Source: an uncultured Tropicimonas sp. (GTDB lineage Bacteria > Pseudomonadota > Alphaproteobacteria > Rhodobacterales > Rhodobacteraceae). From it: a DNA stretch of 64,000 bases. Below the pieces are notes generated by a model that made no database searches, had not been told where the DNA came from, and saw nothing but the letters and a program-made list of their open reading frames with translations. Below, in pieces: positions 45,929 to 55,679 of the stretch. Positions within the stretch are counted from its first letter, which is position 1, and each line of letters starts with the position of its first letter. The position numbers were made by a program, and so were the translations under genes. The DNA lies in contig CANMIP010000024.1 in assembly GCA_947497945.1 (NCBI GenBank), forward strand, positions 30,371-94,370. The letters run 5' to 3'.

Positions 45929-47227
45929 TCAGTGCATGCCCCTGCGGATCCTTCGAATCATGAAAAAGACAGCCAAAACAACCACTGGCAGCAGGATCGC
46001 CGTCGCCACGCCCTTCGACAGGCCAAGCGGTTCCAGCAGCGGATAGACCGCGTAATTGGCCAGGTTCAGCGCGTAGTAGCTGATGGCGACAACCGACAGC
46101 CCCTCGACCGTTTCCTGCAGCCGCAATGCGAGATCCGCGCGCCGGTCCATGCTTTCCAGCAGCCTCTGGTTCTGGGCCTGCCGGACGACATCGACGCGGG
46201 TGCGCAGCAGGTCGCCGGCCCGTGCCGCGCGCTGCGCCATGCCGCGCAGGCGCGCTTCGGTGGCGCGCACGGTGCGCATGGCCGGGTCGAAACGGCGCAT
46301 CATGAATTCGGAGAAGGTCTGGCGCCCCTCGAACCGCGCCTCGCGCAGGACGGAAATCCGGTCATGCACGATCGCTTCATAGGCGCCCGTGGCGCCGAAG
46401 CGGAACTCCGCGGCCGCCAGCAACCCCTCAAGCTCGGCCGAGATCCCCAGCAGCCGGTCCAGCGTCTCCTCGGCCGGGGCGGTCTCGGCGGTCAGGTCGA
46501 CCATCAGGCCGGATAGCCGGGCGTCGATCTCGCCCATCTTGCGGTCGAGCTGGCGGGCGCGCTGCATGCCCAGCAGCGCCATCGTCTTGTAGATCTCGAT
46601 CTCGGTGAGCCTCTGAACGATGCGCCCGATGCGCCGCATGCCGAGCCCCGGCCGGACGAACATCGCAAAGCGCATATGCCCCGCGGTATCGATGCGGAAA
46701 TCGCCCGCGAGGATCGCAACATCGTCAAGGACCCGCGCCGCGGCAACGCTCTCGGACACGAACCAGGCCGAGAGCCGCTCCGCCACCGCGGATTCGTCGT
46801 CGTCACGGGTCTCGATCCGGATCAGCGCCGAGCTCATCCGCGCGCCGGGCGCCTCGGCCAGCCAGTCGGCGGGCAGAAGCTCGTATTCCGCAGGATCGAA
46901 GGCGCGCGGCTCCAGCCCGTCGATAAACAGCGTGTAGGTGACGAACTCGGTATGGCATTCCCATTTCAGCTTGTGCCGGCCCAGCTCGCCGAACCAATGG
47001 GTCGCCCCCGGCTTCGGATGCGACGCGCCGAAGCGGTCCAGCAGCGCGATCAGATGCGCGCGGTCGGCGGCGCGGTCGCGGGCGGCGGCGTTCTTCGGCG
47101 CCTTGAGCGCAAGGAAGAAGACATGCCCCGGGGCGGCAAAGGCCGGAAAGGGGCGCGCATGCATTTCGCCCGCCAGCTCGTAGCGGCGCGGATGATCGGG
47201 GAGACCGGAGATCGAGGAAGCTGTCAT
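45929..47227 (-). CDS. DUF3422 family membrane-anchored protein
   Basis: True start MTASSISGLPDHPRRYELAGEMHARPF at 47227. KLKWECHTEFVTYT block and two C-terminal TM helices. The 698-aa ORF extension is non-genic. Confidence 0.75.
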   Translation of the reverse strand: MTASSISGLPDHPRRYELAGEMHARPFPAFAAPGHVFFLALKAPKNAAARDRAADRAHLIALLDRFGASHPKPGATHWFGELGRHKLKWECHTEFVTYTLFIDGLEPRAFDPAEYELLPADWLAEAPGARMSSALIRIETRDDDESAVAERLSAWFVSESVAAARVLDDVAILAGDFRIDTAGHMRFAMFVRPGLGMRRIGRIVQRLTEIEIYKTMALLGMQRARQLDRKMGEIDARLSGLMVDLTAETAPAEETLDRLLGISAELEGLLAAAEFRFGATGAYEAIVHDRISVLREARFEGRQTFSEFMMRRFDPAMRTVRATEARLRGMAQRAARAGDLLRTRVDVVRQAQNQRLLESMDRRADLALRLQETVEGLSVVAISYYALNLANYAVYPLLEPLGLSKGVATAILLPVVVLAVFFMIRRIRRGMH

Positions 47228-47380
47228 GGTGCCAGATAAGCGGCTGGATTTGAACCTGTAAAAGGATTTCTCGGCATTCCCTTGCATACCGAAGGCGACA
47301 GGGATTTGTCGCGAACAGACGGTTTCCCCGGTTTGGCGCCACGCAGTCTGGCCCGGTGCGGCGACGGAAAGGGAAATGCC

Positions 47381-48352
47381 ATGCAGATCGGCTTCATCGG
47401 ACTGGGCAATGTCGGCGGCAAGCTGGCGGGCAGTCTCCTGCGCAACGGGCATGACCTGACCGTGCGCGATCTTGACCCGGAGGCGATGGCGCCCTTCCTG
47501 GAGCGTGGCGCGAAGGCGGGCGAGAGCCCGGCGCAGATGGCCCAGGATTGCGAGCTTCTGATCACCTGCCTGCCCTCGCCGGCGGCCTGTTCGGCGGTTG
47601 TCGAAGGGCCGGACGGGCTGCTGGAGGCGCTCGGGCCGGGCAAGATCTGGGCCGAGATGTCGACGACGGATGCCTCCGAGGTGGCGCGCATCGCCGGGAA
47701 GGTTCGCGCGACGGGGGCGGCGGCGGTGGAATGCCCGGTTTCGGGCGGCTGTCACCGCGCGGATACCGGCAATATCTCGATCTTCGCGGGCTGCGACCGG
47801 GACACCTTCGAACGCATCCTGCCGGTGCTGACAACGCTCGGGCGGCGGGTTCTGCATACGGGCGAGATCGGCACCGCCTCGGTGCTCAAGGTGATGACGA
47901 ATTACCTCGCCACGGCCAACCTGGTAACGCTCTGCGAGGCGCTTGTTGTCTCGAAGGCGGCGGGGCTGGACCTGGCCACCACCTATGAGGCGATCCGCAT
48001 CTCCTCGGGCAACTCTTTCGTGCACGAGACCGAGAGCCAGGTGATCCTGAACGGCTCGCGCGACATTTCCTTCACCATGGATCTCGTGAACAAGGATATC
48101 GGCCTGTTCCAGTCCATCGCGGAGGCGAACGGCGTGCCGCTGGAGGTCTCGCCCCTGCTCAACCGGATCTTCCAGGATGGCGAAGCCCGGTTTGGCGGGC
48201 GGGAGCTTTCGCCCAATATCGTCAAGCGGCTGGAGGAGGCGACCGGGCTCGACATTCGCGCCCCGGGATTTCCAGCCGAAATGGTCGATGACGAGCCCGA
48301 GGAGCCGGGATACGAGGTTGTTCCTCCGGGGCGTGAGACGATGAAAGTGTGA
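47381..48352 (+). CDS. NAD(P)-dependent beta-hydroxyacid dehydrogenase family (3-hydroxyisobutyrate dehydrogenase-like)
   Basis: MQIGFIGLGNVGGKLA (Rossmann), the DAPVSGG-like CPVSGG motif and the catalytic Lys context SVLKVMTNY. Acidic C-terminal tail. Confidence 0.85.
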   Translation: MQIGFIGLGNVGGKLAGSLLRNGHDLTVRDLDPEAMAPFLERGAKAGESPAQMAQDCELLITCLPSPAACSAVVEGPDGLLEALGPGKIWAEMSTTDASEVARIAGKVRATGAAAVECPVSGGCHRADTGNISIFAGCDRDTFERILPVLTTLGRRVLHTGEIGTASVLKVMTNYLATANLVTLCEALVVSKAAGLDLATTYEAIRISSGNSFVHETESQVILNGSRDISFTMDLVNKDIGLFQSIAEANGVPLEVSPLLNRIFQDGEARFGGRELSPNIVKRLEEATGLDIRAPGFPAEMVDDEPEEPGYEVVPPGRETMKV

Positions 48353-48412
48353 AAAGAGCCTGCAGCAGGCATGGGAACTGAGTTCCTATTGGCATGGAAT
48401 CGAGGCGAAGCC

Positions 48413-48553
48413 GCCATGCCAGCGCCGGACCGTCCCGGCGGTCTGGCGCTTTGTAAACCGCGCACAACGGCTTGAACTTCTTCGGATCTGGCCGGGATAA
48501 AGTGCAGACCCCGGATGGCGTAGCACCAGCCCACGGTCCGGCGCTGGCATGGC
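48413..48553. repeat. 21-bp perfect inverted repeat (GCCATGCCAGCGCCGGACCGT / ACGGTCCGGCGCTGGCATGGC) separated by 99 bp
   Basis: Arms at 48413-48433 and 48533-48553 are exact reverse complements. They lie in the 323-bp gap between convergent genes. The left arm can alternatively pair locally with 48439-48450. Confidence 0.8.
48421..48454 (+). terminator. Possible intrinsic terminator after the dehydrogenase gene
   Basis: AGCGCCGGACCG-tcccgg-CGGTCTGGCGCT forms a 12-bp stem with one G.U pair, followed by TTTG (a short T tract). Confidence 0.35.
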
Positions 48554-48675
48554 TCCGGTTGCGTTTCATTGAAATCGCAGAGAGCCCCCCGCTCCGTCCG
48601 CAACCTTCCAAAATGAAACCGCCGATGCCCGTCACGGCCCCGGCGGTTCGTCTCCAGGAGTTGGTACCGAAGGGA

Positions 48676-50280
48676 TCAGCTTCCGGCCGCCCGCAGCCGC
48701 ACCCCGGCCTTCTGCATCGCCGCCCAGATCTTCGCATCGCGGCCATAGATGTCTTCACGATAGTTCATCTGCCCCTTCGCCTTGGCGAAGGCGGTGCGAT
48801 ACTGGATATGGACGGGGATCGGCTCGTCGAGGTTCACCCGCGACTCCACGCCCGTGTTCAGTTTTGACTGGAAATAGCCTTCAGGGTCGTTCGTCTGCCG
48901 CGCCAGGATCGCATAGGCGAGATCCTTGGGATCGCCCACCCGCACGCAGCCATGGGAGAACGCCCGGCGGTCGCGCTGGAACAGGTTCTTGGACGGCGTG
49001 TCATGCAGGTAGATATTGTACTTGTTCGGGAACATGAACTTCACGATCCCGAGTGCGTTGCGCTGCGAGGGCGGCTGCTTGAGCGCGAAGGGGAAGGTCG
49101 CCGCGGTGTATTTGGAGAAATTCACAGCGGAGCGGCTGATCGTCCGGCCGCGGGAATCCACCAGCTTGAGATGGCTGACCGCGTTCGGATTGCGCTTCAG
49201 CTGCGGCAGGTATTCCTTCGTCGCGATCGAGCGCGGCACGTTCCAGGTCGGATTGATGACGATGTATTCCATCACATCCGAGAATTCCGGCGTCTCCTGA
49301 TTGGCGACATTCTTGCCGACAACGACGCGCGTGGAGAAGCTCTCCTTGCCATTGTCGATGATGCGGGCTGTGAATTCCGGGATGTTGACCAGGATATGCC
49401 GCTTGCCCTTGGGGATATTGGTCCAGCGCTCGCGCTCCATGGCGACGAGCACGGAGGACAATCGCGTCCGAGCGGGCACGTTGATCGCCTTGATCGTCGC
49501 CTCGCCCGCCGCGCCATCGGGGGTGAGACCGTGGGCAAGCTGGAACTGCTGCACGGCTTTCTGCAAGCTGGCGTCATAGCTCTGCGACGCCGTGCGTTTC
49601 ATGTAGCCCATGGCGATGAGCCGGTTGCGCAGCGCGACGACCGCCTGTCCGGACTGTCCCGGCTTGAGCGACCCGCCGGGCACTTTCGCGCCCCAGCCGC
49701 CCTGCCCCAGCACCTGTTCGAGCTTCATCTTCTCGGCCAGCAGCGCGGTATATTGCGCCGTCTTCGGCGCCAGCGATTTCATGTAGCCATTGGGCGAGGA
49801 GTCCGAGAAGGCCTGGAGTTGCTTGACCTGGTCGCGACGCGGCAGGTCGCGGACGATGCCGCTGTCGATCTTGCGCGGGCTCATGGCGCCCGATTGCAGG
49901 TCCTGCGCGAATTGCACGAACATCTTCGCTGCCTGAACTTCGACCCGTCCCAGGTCGCGCGCCGATTTCGCGCCCTTGAAGGCGGCCTTCAGCTCGGCGG
50001 GATCATAGCGGCCCGCCGGCAGGCCGTGGATCTCGGCCGACTCCATCGCCTTGAGCAAGGCGGCCCGGCGGCGTGCATCCTTCTTGCCGGTGAAGATCGG
50101 CTTGTAGTCGCGCGTCCGGTAGAACGCCCCCACCGCCTCGTTGCCGTAAGATGCCTCCGCGACGGCTTGCTTGAATGCGGTGACCTGCGCCTGCAGCGGG
50201 GCAACCGTCCCAAGAAGAAGCGTCGCGGCCACCGCGAGCGCGAGGGACGGAAACAGCCGCCGGGTCATCGAAACACTCAT
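48676..50280 (-). CDS. L,D-transpeptidase (YcbB/LdtD-like) with a peptidoglycan-binding domain
   Basis: Signal peptide (MSVSMTRRLFPSLALAVAATLLLGTVAPLQA), PG_binding_1 region (GQSGQAVVALRNRLIAMGYM) and the YkuD catalytic motif (FSHGCVRV). The start is 50280 or 50268. Confidence 0.88.
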   Translation of the reverse strand: MSVSMTRRLFPSLALAVAATLLLGTVAPLQAQVTAFKQAVAEASYGNEAVGAFYRTRDYKPIFTGKKDARRRAALLKAMESAEIHGLPAGRYDPAELKAAFKGAKSARDLGRVEVQAAKMFVQFAQDLQSGAMSPRKIDSGIVRDLPRRDQVKQLQAFSDSSPNGYMKSLAPKTAQYTALLAEKMKLEQVLGQGGWGAKVPGGSLKPGQSGQAVVALRNRLIAMGYMKRTASQSYDASLQKAVQQFQLAHGLTPDGAAGEATIKAINVPARTRLSSVLVAMERERWTNIPKGKRHILVNIPEFTARIIDNGKESFSTRVVVGKNVANQETPEFSDVMEYIVINPTWNVPRSIATKEYLPQLKRNPNAVSHLKLVDSRGRTISRSAVNFSKYTAATFPFALKQPPSQRNALGIVKFMFPNKYNIYLHDTPSKNLFQRDRRAFSHGCVRVGDPKDLAYAILARQTNDPEGYFQSKLNTGVESRVNLDEPIPVHIQYRTAFAKAKGQMNYREDIYGRDAKIWAAMQKAGVRLRAAGS

Positions 50281-50643
50281 ATCTAAATCCTTGGAAAACA
50301 CATCGCGAGGTCCGAAAAACGATTCCACGGAGCAGTCCCGACTGTCCACGCAGATCGGCTTACGGGCGGATCATCGGCCGAACTCTGTGACATCGAGTCA
50401 CCGTCAATACGTAATTTTACCTGTGGCGACTCAGCCGCAGTGCCCAAACAAGGCAGAACACCGCCTTCGTTAGGCAATTTTCAGCGAATTTCTGCTCATT
50501 TTTAGGGCTTGGGCCACCGCGCGCAAAATGCGCACTTGGATGGAGAATCACTTTGTGGCATCAAAATCGCACACCTGGGGATGAGGTGTGGATAAATCCG
50601 CGACACAGCGGAGCGAGAAGAGAAACGGGACAGGCAAGGACCG

Positions 50644-51216
50644 ATGACAGAACAGTCGGCCCCTAGGGGCATTTCGCGGCGCGGCGTCCTGACGGCGTTC
50701 GCAGCCACTGTTGTTACGGCAGCACCAACCTTCTCCAATGCGGCAGGTTTCCTTCGGGGCGCCGGTGATATCCGGCGGCTGAAGATGTATAATGGCCGCA
50801 CCGGCGAAACCATGGACACGATCTACTGGATCGAAGGCGAATACATCAAGGACGCCATGAGCGAGGTCCATGCCTTCATGCGCGACTGGCGTCGCAATGA
50901 AGTGAAGAAGATCGACTTCCGGACCATCGATATCATGGCCGCGTCACACAACCTGATGGGGACGACCGAGCCCTACACGTTGCTGTCGGGCTATCGTTCT
51001 CCGGCAACCAACGCCATGCTGCGCTCGCGCTCGCGCGGTGTCGCCAAGAATTCCCTGCACATGCAAGGCCAGGCGGCAGACCTGCAATTGCGGTCGCGCT
51101 CGATCTACCAGATGGCCAAGGCCGCGAAAGCCTGCTCCGGCGGTGGGGTTGGCACCTATCGCGGATCGAATTTCGTCCACATGGATTGTGGCGTCGTCCG
51201 CAGTTGGAACGGCTGA
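50644..51216 (+). CDS. DUF882 (YcbK-like, peptidase M15A fold) protein with a Tat signal
   Basis: Twin-arginine leader ISRRGVLTAFAATVVTAAPTFSNA. SGYRSP, HMQGQAADL and FVHMD motifs. Divergent from the L,D-transpeptidase gene, a known conserved pairing. Confidence 0.85.
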   Translation: MTEQSAPRGISRRGVLTAFAATVVTAAPTFSNAAGFLRGAGDIRRLKMYNGRTGETMDTIYWIEGEYIKDAMSEVHAFMRDWRRNEVKKIDFRTIDIMAASHNLMGTTEPYTLLSGYRSPATNAMLRSRSRGVAKNSLHMQGQAADLQLRSRSIYQMAKAAKACSGGGVGTYRGSNFVHMDCGVVRSWNG

Positions 51217-51254
51217 GTCACCGCTACACCGAAACGAACCACTCACGACCAAAA

Positions 51255-51292
51255 GGCCACGCCCGCATTATTCCTAGCGGCGTGGTCTTTTT
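51255..51292 (+). terminator. Intrinsic terminator after the DUF882 gene
   Basis: GGCCACGCC-(15 nt loop)-GGCGTGGTC, a 9-bp stem with one G.U pair, followed by TTTTT. Confidence 0.55.
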
Positions 51293-51847
51293 GCGTTTCC
51301 GCGATGGACCGGGCTTTCCCGCGTGCAGAGCGCCGAATGAGCCCCATGCTGGGAACACATCCCTGATCTCCTCGCGCGGGCGCCGGAGACAGGCGGACAG
51401 CCCCCGCACCGCCGGGAAGGCGGCCGCCCGCAAAGACCCCATCAGATTCGGATCCTGAACAGCCCCACGCACACCACGTGCGGCGCAGCGCCGCTCCACG
51501 CGCAGACCCAGCTGTTGACACCGGAGCCGCGCCTGCCGATATTTCTCGCATCACCTTGACAAAAAGCGACAAAACCGCCTTCTGACTGCCTGAGCGACCA
51601 GGGCGCCCGCGCCCCGGTCTGGCCGGAAAGCCTTGCAAGCTCGTTCAAGCTGGATTGCACCGACATCTTGCCGGTTGTCGCCCAATATGTGGGCGCGTAG
51701 ACCCGTGGCATCGCGGTTTCCCGGCCCGTCCGCCGGCCCCGCCTGAGCGAGACCTGACATGCCCGATTCCAGTCTGATGCCGCGTCTTCCCCTGCGCCCC
51801 CGGCGCAAGACGCGGCGCGGTCGACAGATCGGCCCCAACACGAATGG

Positions 51848-52381
51848 TTGCCGCCCATGCTGAACATCCTGCCCGCCCCTCTCGCGCGTCGCCTGCCGCC
51901 GCCTTCGGATCTGCCCGTGCCGCTGCTGCCGCTGCAGCCGGTCTTCTACCGGATCGTGCGCCGCGTAGCCGCCAAGCATCCCGAGCTGTTCGAACGGCTC
52001 GGCAAGCACCAGCGCACCGACTTCATCATCGATGTCACGGATTTCCCCTTCGCGCTGCACCTGCGCCCCTACCCGCCCGCGCTGATCCTGCGCGCGGTGC
52101 GCCGCGAGCGCCTGCCGAAGCATCAAGCCGCGATTGCCGGCGATTTCCGCACCCTGCTGCGCATGATCGATGCCGAGGAGGATGGCGACGCGATCTTCTT
52201 CTCCCGCGAGCTGGTGATCTCCGGCGACACCGAAGCCATCGTCACCTTGCGCAATGCGATGGACGATGTCGAAGGCTCCATTGCCGAGGACGTGGCCGAG
52301 ATGTTCGGCCCACCGGGCAAGATGGCGCTGGCGCGGCTCAACAAAATGGCCGAAGGGCCCGATTCCGAAGGAGCTTGGTGA
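51848..52381 (+). CDS. ubiT: SCP2-domain ubiquinone biosynthesis accessory factor UbiT
   Basis: SCP2-like C-terminal block (GDFRTLLRMIDAEEDGDAIFFSRELVISGDTEAIVTLRNAMD). Immediately precedes ubiU and ubiV with an ATGA overlap. Confidence 0.8.
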   Translation: MPPMLNILPAPLARRLPPPSDLPVPLLPLQPVFYRIVRRVAAKHPELFERLGKHQRTDFIIDVTDFPFALHLRPYPPALILRAVRRERLPKHQAAIAGDFRTLLRMIDAEEDGDAIFFSRELVISGDTEAIVTLRNAMDDVEGSIAEDVAEMFGPPGKMALARLNKMAEGPDSEGAW

Positions 52382-53391
52382 TGATTACAGGTGATGTCGT
52401 CGGCGAACTCGTCTGCCCCGCCGGGACCCCGGCCTCCCTGCGCACGGCCGTCGATGCCGGCGCGGATTCGATCTATTGCGGTTTTCAGAACGCCACCAAT
52501 GCGCGCAACTTCCCGGGGCTGAACTTCACCCCCAAGGAACTGGCCGGCGCGGTGGACTACGCCCATGAGCGCGGCGCGAATGTTTTGCTGGCGCTGAACT
52601 CCTACCCGCCCGCGGGCAAGTTCGAGCTCTGGCGCGAAGCCGCCGATCTCGGCGCCGAGCTTGATGTCGACGCCTATATCGTCGCCGATATGGGCGTGGC
52701 CCGCTACATCTCCGAGAAGCATCCCGACCGGCGGCTGCATCTCTCGGTCCAGGCCGCCGCCGCCAGCCCGGACGCGATCAATTACTATGTGCGCGAATTC
52801 GGCGTGAAGCGCGTGGTGCTGCCGCGCATCCTGACCATCCCGGAGATCCACGAGATCAAGGCCGAGATCTCCGCCGAGATCGAGACCTTCATCTTCGGCA
52901 ATCACGGCCTGATGGTCGAGGGCCGCTGCTCGCTCACGAACTATGCCACCGGGCTCTCGACCAATATGGACGGCGTCTGTTCGCCCGCCCATCTGGTCGA
53001 ATATGTCAAGGACAGCGCGGGCAACATGTCCTCCCAGCTCGGCGGCTACACGATCGACCGGTTCGGGCCGGACGAAAGCGCCGGCTACCCGACGATCTGC
53101 AAGGGGCGCTACTGCAACGAGGTCCAGCCGGACGGCTACTACGCCTTCGAAGAGCCGATCTCGCTCAACCTCTCCAAGCTGCTGCCGGACCTGATGGAGG
53201 CCGGCGTGACCGCCTTCAAGATCGAGGGCCGCCAGCGCAGCCGCGCCTATGTCCGCAAGGTGGTCTCCGCCTTCCGCGCGGCGGTGGACGATGTCCGCGC
53301 CGGGCGCGACCCGAAACTGGCCGACCTGGTCGCCCTCACCGAGGGGCAGAAACAGACCGAAGGCGCCTTCAAGACCAAGAAATGGCGGTGA
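52381..53391 (+). CDS. ubiU: U32-family O2-independent ubiquinone hydroxylase subunit UbiU
   Basis: Collinear with my recollection of E. coli UbiU: ELVCPAG, NARNFPGLNF, EGRCSL, CSPA, AGYPTICKGRY and KIEGRQRS blocks. The ORF upstream of ATG 52381 is non-genic. Confidence 0.88.
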   Translation: MITGDVVGELVCPAGTPASLRTAVDAGADSIYCGFQNATNARNFPGLNFTPKELAGAVDYAHERGANVLLALNSYPPAGKFELWREAADLGAELDVDAYIVADMGVARYISEKHPDRRLHLSVQAAAASPDAINYYVREFGVKRVVLPRILTIPEIHEIKAEISAEIETFIFGNHGLMVEGRCSLTNYATGLSTNMDGVCSPAHLVEYVKDSAGNMSSQLGGYTIDRFGPDESAGYPTICKGRYCNEVQPDGYYAFEEPISLNLSKLLPDLMEAGVTAFKIEGRQRSRAYVRKVVSAFRAAVDDVRAGRDPKLADLVALTEGQKQTEGAFKTKKWR

Positions 53392-54320
53392 CAGAGATGA
53401 AACCACGTCTGACCCTCGGCCCCATCCAGTATTTCTGGGATGCCGACACCAAGCGCGACTTCTATGCCCGCATCGCCGACGAGGCGCCGGTGGACACTGT
53501 CTATCTCGGCGAGAATGTCTGCTCCAAGCGCCAGCCCTTCTTCGACCAGCATATCGAGGAGGTCGCCGAGCGGCTGACCCGCGGCGGCAAACGCGTCGTG
53601 CATTCCGGTCTCGCCGAGGTGATGCTCAAGCGCGAACGCAAGTCCTGCGCGGACATGGCCGAGCAGGGTATGCTCGAAATCGAGGTCAACAACGCCGCTG
53701 GGCTCTTCCACCTGCCCGAAGGCAAGCCGCATCGCGTCGGCCCCTACATGAACGCCTATGGCGAGGAAACCATCGCCTGGATGGTGTCGAAAGGCGCCAC
53801 CCATGTGACCGTACCGACCGAGTTGCCGGGCAGCTCCGTCGAGGTGTTGGCGAAGACGGCGGCGAAGCTCGGCATCGGGCTCGAGGTGCAGGTCTTTGGC
53901 CGCGCCTGCCTGGCCACGTCCGCGCGCTGCTACCATGCCCGCGCCTATGGGCGGACCAAGGACAATTGCCAGTTCGTCTGCGAGGAGCATTCCGACGGGA
54001 TGGAGCTGAACACGCGCGACGGACAGAGCTTCCTGCGGGTGAACGGCATCCAGACGATGTCGCATTCCTATGTGAACCTCTTCGCGGAAGTGCCGGCGAT
54101 GGCGGCGATGGGCGTGACCGATCTGCGGCTGATGCCGCAGGATACCGACATGATCGAGGTGGCCCGGATCTTCGACGATATCCGCGACGGCCGCGGCGAC
54201 ATGGAGACCGCGCAGGCCCGTTTCGACGCGCTGAGCTTCGTTGCCCCGCCCTCGAACGGCTTCTGGCACGGCGAGGCCGGACATCGCAGGATCACCGCCA
54301 AGGCGGCCGCGCTGGCCTGA
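53382..54320 (+). CDS. ubiV: U32-family O2-independent ubiquinone hydroxylase subunit UbiV
   Basis: LTLGPIQYFWDADTKRDFY, VYLGENVCSKR, SARCYHAR and CQFVCEE Cys cluster, plus NGIQTMS. The start is 53382 or 53397. Confidence 0.85.
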   Translation: MAVTEMKPRLTLGPIQYFWDADTKRDFYARIADEAPVDTVYLGENVCSKRQPFFDQHIEEVAERLTRGGKRVVHSGLAEVMLKRERKSCADMAEQGMLEIEVNNAAGLFHLPEGKPHRVGPYMNAYGEETIAWMVSKGATHVTVPTELPGSSVEVLAKTAAKLGIGLEVQVFGRACLATSARCYHARAYGRTKDNCQFVCEEHSDGMELNTRDGQSFLRVNGIQTMSHSYVNLFAEVPAMAAMGVTDLRLMPQDTDMIEVARIFDDIRDGRGDMETAQARFDALSFVAPPSNGFWHGEAGHRRITAKAAALA

Positions 54321-54399
54321 TCTGCGCCGGTCGACGAAGTTTTCATGGACAGCCCTTCTCTCTCCGGCTCTTGTTGGAGCGGGATAGAAGGGGGCGTTC

Positions 54400-55662
54400 A
54401 TGGTTCACAAGCAAGCGACGGCCGAGGAAGTCAGCGGCATCACCGATATGGCGATCGCGGCCTTTGACGCGGCCGATTACACGCGCGCCTCGAAACTGGC
54501 GCGGCGCGCGGCGGGGATGTCGGCGGGGCTCGAAGATTCGGTTCGGTTGGTGATCCTGCTGGATGAGCTGGGCGAGGACGGCCCGGCGGACCGGCTTCGC
54601 AGGCAGATCATGGAGCGGATCGAGACGGATTCTCTGGAGACCGAGATCGGCGCGGCAACGCTCGCCAATCTCGGCGACATCGCCCAGTCCCTCGGCGCCG
54701 ATGAAACCGCCGAAACGCTGCTGATGCGCGCGCATGAGGCGGCGGACACCAATGGCAAGGCCGAGGCGCTGCTGCTACAGCAATTGCTCCCGAACGGCGA
54801 GATCCGGCGGCTGCTGGAGATCTGGACCCGGTTCGTGGCCCGCTGCACGGGCGACCAGAAGCCCCGCGCGGTCCTGACGCTTGTGCTGGCGCTGACGCAT
54901 TTCGGCCATCGGGAGCAGGCGCGCGCGGTGCTGGAGACGGCCCGTCCTCTCTTCGATGACAGCGCCTTCGAGACGGCGCTCGAAGAGATTTTCGGCGATG
55001 GACCGCAGCAGAACCAGCGCGAGATGGCGGCCCAGCTCTTCGATGGCTTTGCCAACACCTATGACAGGAACCTGAAATCGATCGGGAACAATGGCCCGCA
55101 GATGATCAGCCAGATGCTCGAACGGATCGGGATTGGCCCCGGGGCCGGGCTCTCGGTCCTCGATGCCGGCTGCGGAACCGGACTCTGCGCGCCGCTGCTG
55201 CGCCCCTGCGCGCGCCATGTCCATGGCTGCGATGTCTCGATACAGATGCTGGAGCTGTGCAAGCACAAGGGCGTCTACGACCTGTTGACCCGCACCGATC
55301 TCAACACCGCCCCCACCCTGCCCGAGGGTCCGTTCGACCTTGTCGTCTCCGGCGACGTCCTGGTCTATTTCGAGGATATCTCGGACGTTTTCCGGAATAT
55401 CGCCGGCGTCCTGCGTCCCGGCGGCTGGTTCGTCTTCACCATCGAGGATGCAACGGAGGAGGGCCCGGCCACCGGTTACCAGCGCCGCAGCTCGGGGCGC
55501 TACGCCCATACGCTGGACCATGTTGCGGACAAGCTCGCCGCCGCCGGCTTCTCGCGTCCGAAAGCCGAGTTCGCGGATGTCCTGCGCCATGAGTACCGCC
55601 AGCCGATCCAGGGCCGTGCCATCGCGGCCCAGAAACTGGCGATTTTCGGCGCGGCTGGCTGA
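54400..55662 (+). CDS. Class I SAM-dependent methyltransferase with an N-terminal helical (TPR-like) domain
   Basis: Motif I VLDAGCGTGLCAPLL, post-I CDVS, and motif II/III region DLVVSGDVLVYF...LRPGGWFVFT. About 230-aa alpha-helical N-domain. Confidence 0.75.
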   Translation: MVHKQATAEEVSGITDMAIAAFDAADYTRASKLARRAAGMSAGLEDSVRLVILLDELGEDGPADRLRRQIMERIETDSLETEIGAATLANLGDIAQSLGADETAETLLMRAHEAADTNGKAEALLLQQLLPNGEIRRLLEIWTRFVARCTGDQKPRAVLTLVLALTHFGHREQARAVLETARPLFDDSAFETALEEIFGDGPQQNQREMAAQLFDGFANTYDRNLKSIGNNGPQMISQMLERIGIGPGAGLSVLDAGCGTGLCAPLLRPCARHVHGCDVSIQMLELCKHKGVYDLLTRTDLNTAPTLPEGPFDLVVSGDVLVYFEDISDVFRNIAGVLRPGGWFVFTIEDATEEGPATGYQRRSSGRYAHTLDHVADKLAAAGFSRPKAEFADVLRHEYRQPIQGRAIAAQKLAIFGAAG

Positions 55663-55679
55663 AACCGCCCATCGGACAT

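Noticed and set aside
51625-51650. Possible FNR/FnrL box (TTGCAAGCTCGTTCAA) upstream of ubiT
   Set aside because: The half-sites are separated by 6 nt rather than the 4 nt of TTGAT-N4-ATCAA, and the left half is degenerate. It cannot be distinguished from chance by eye.
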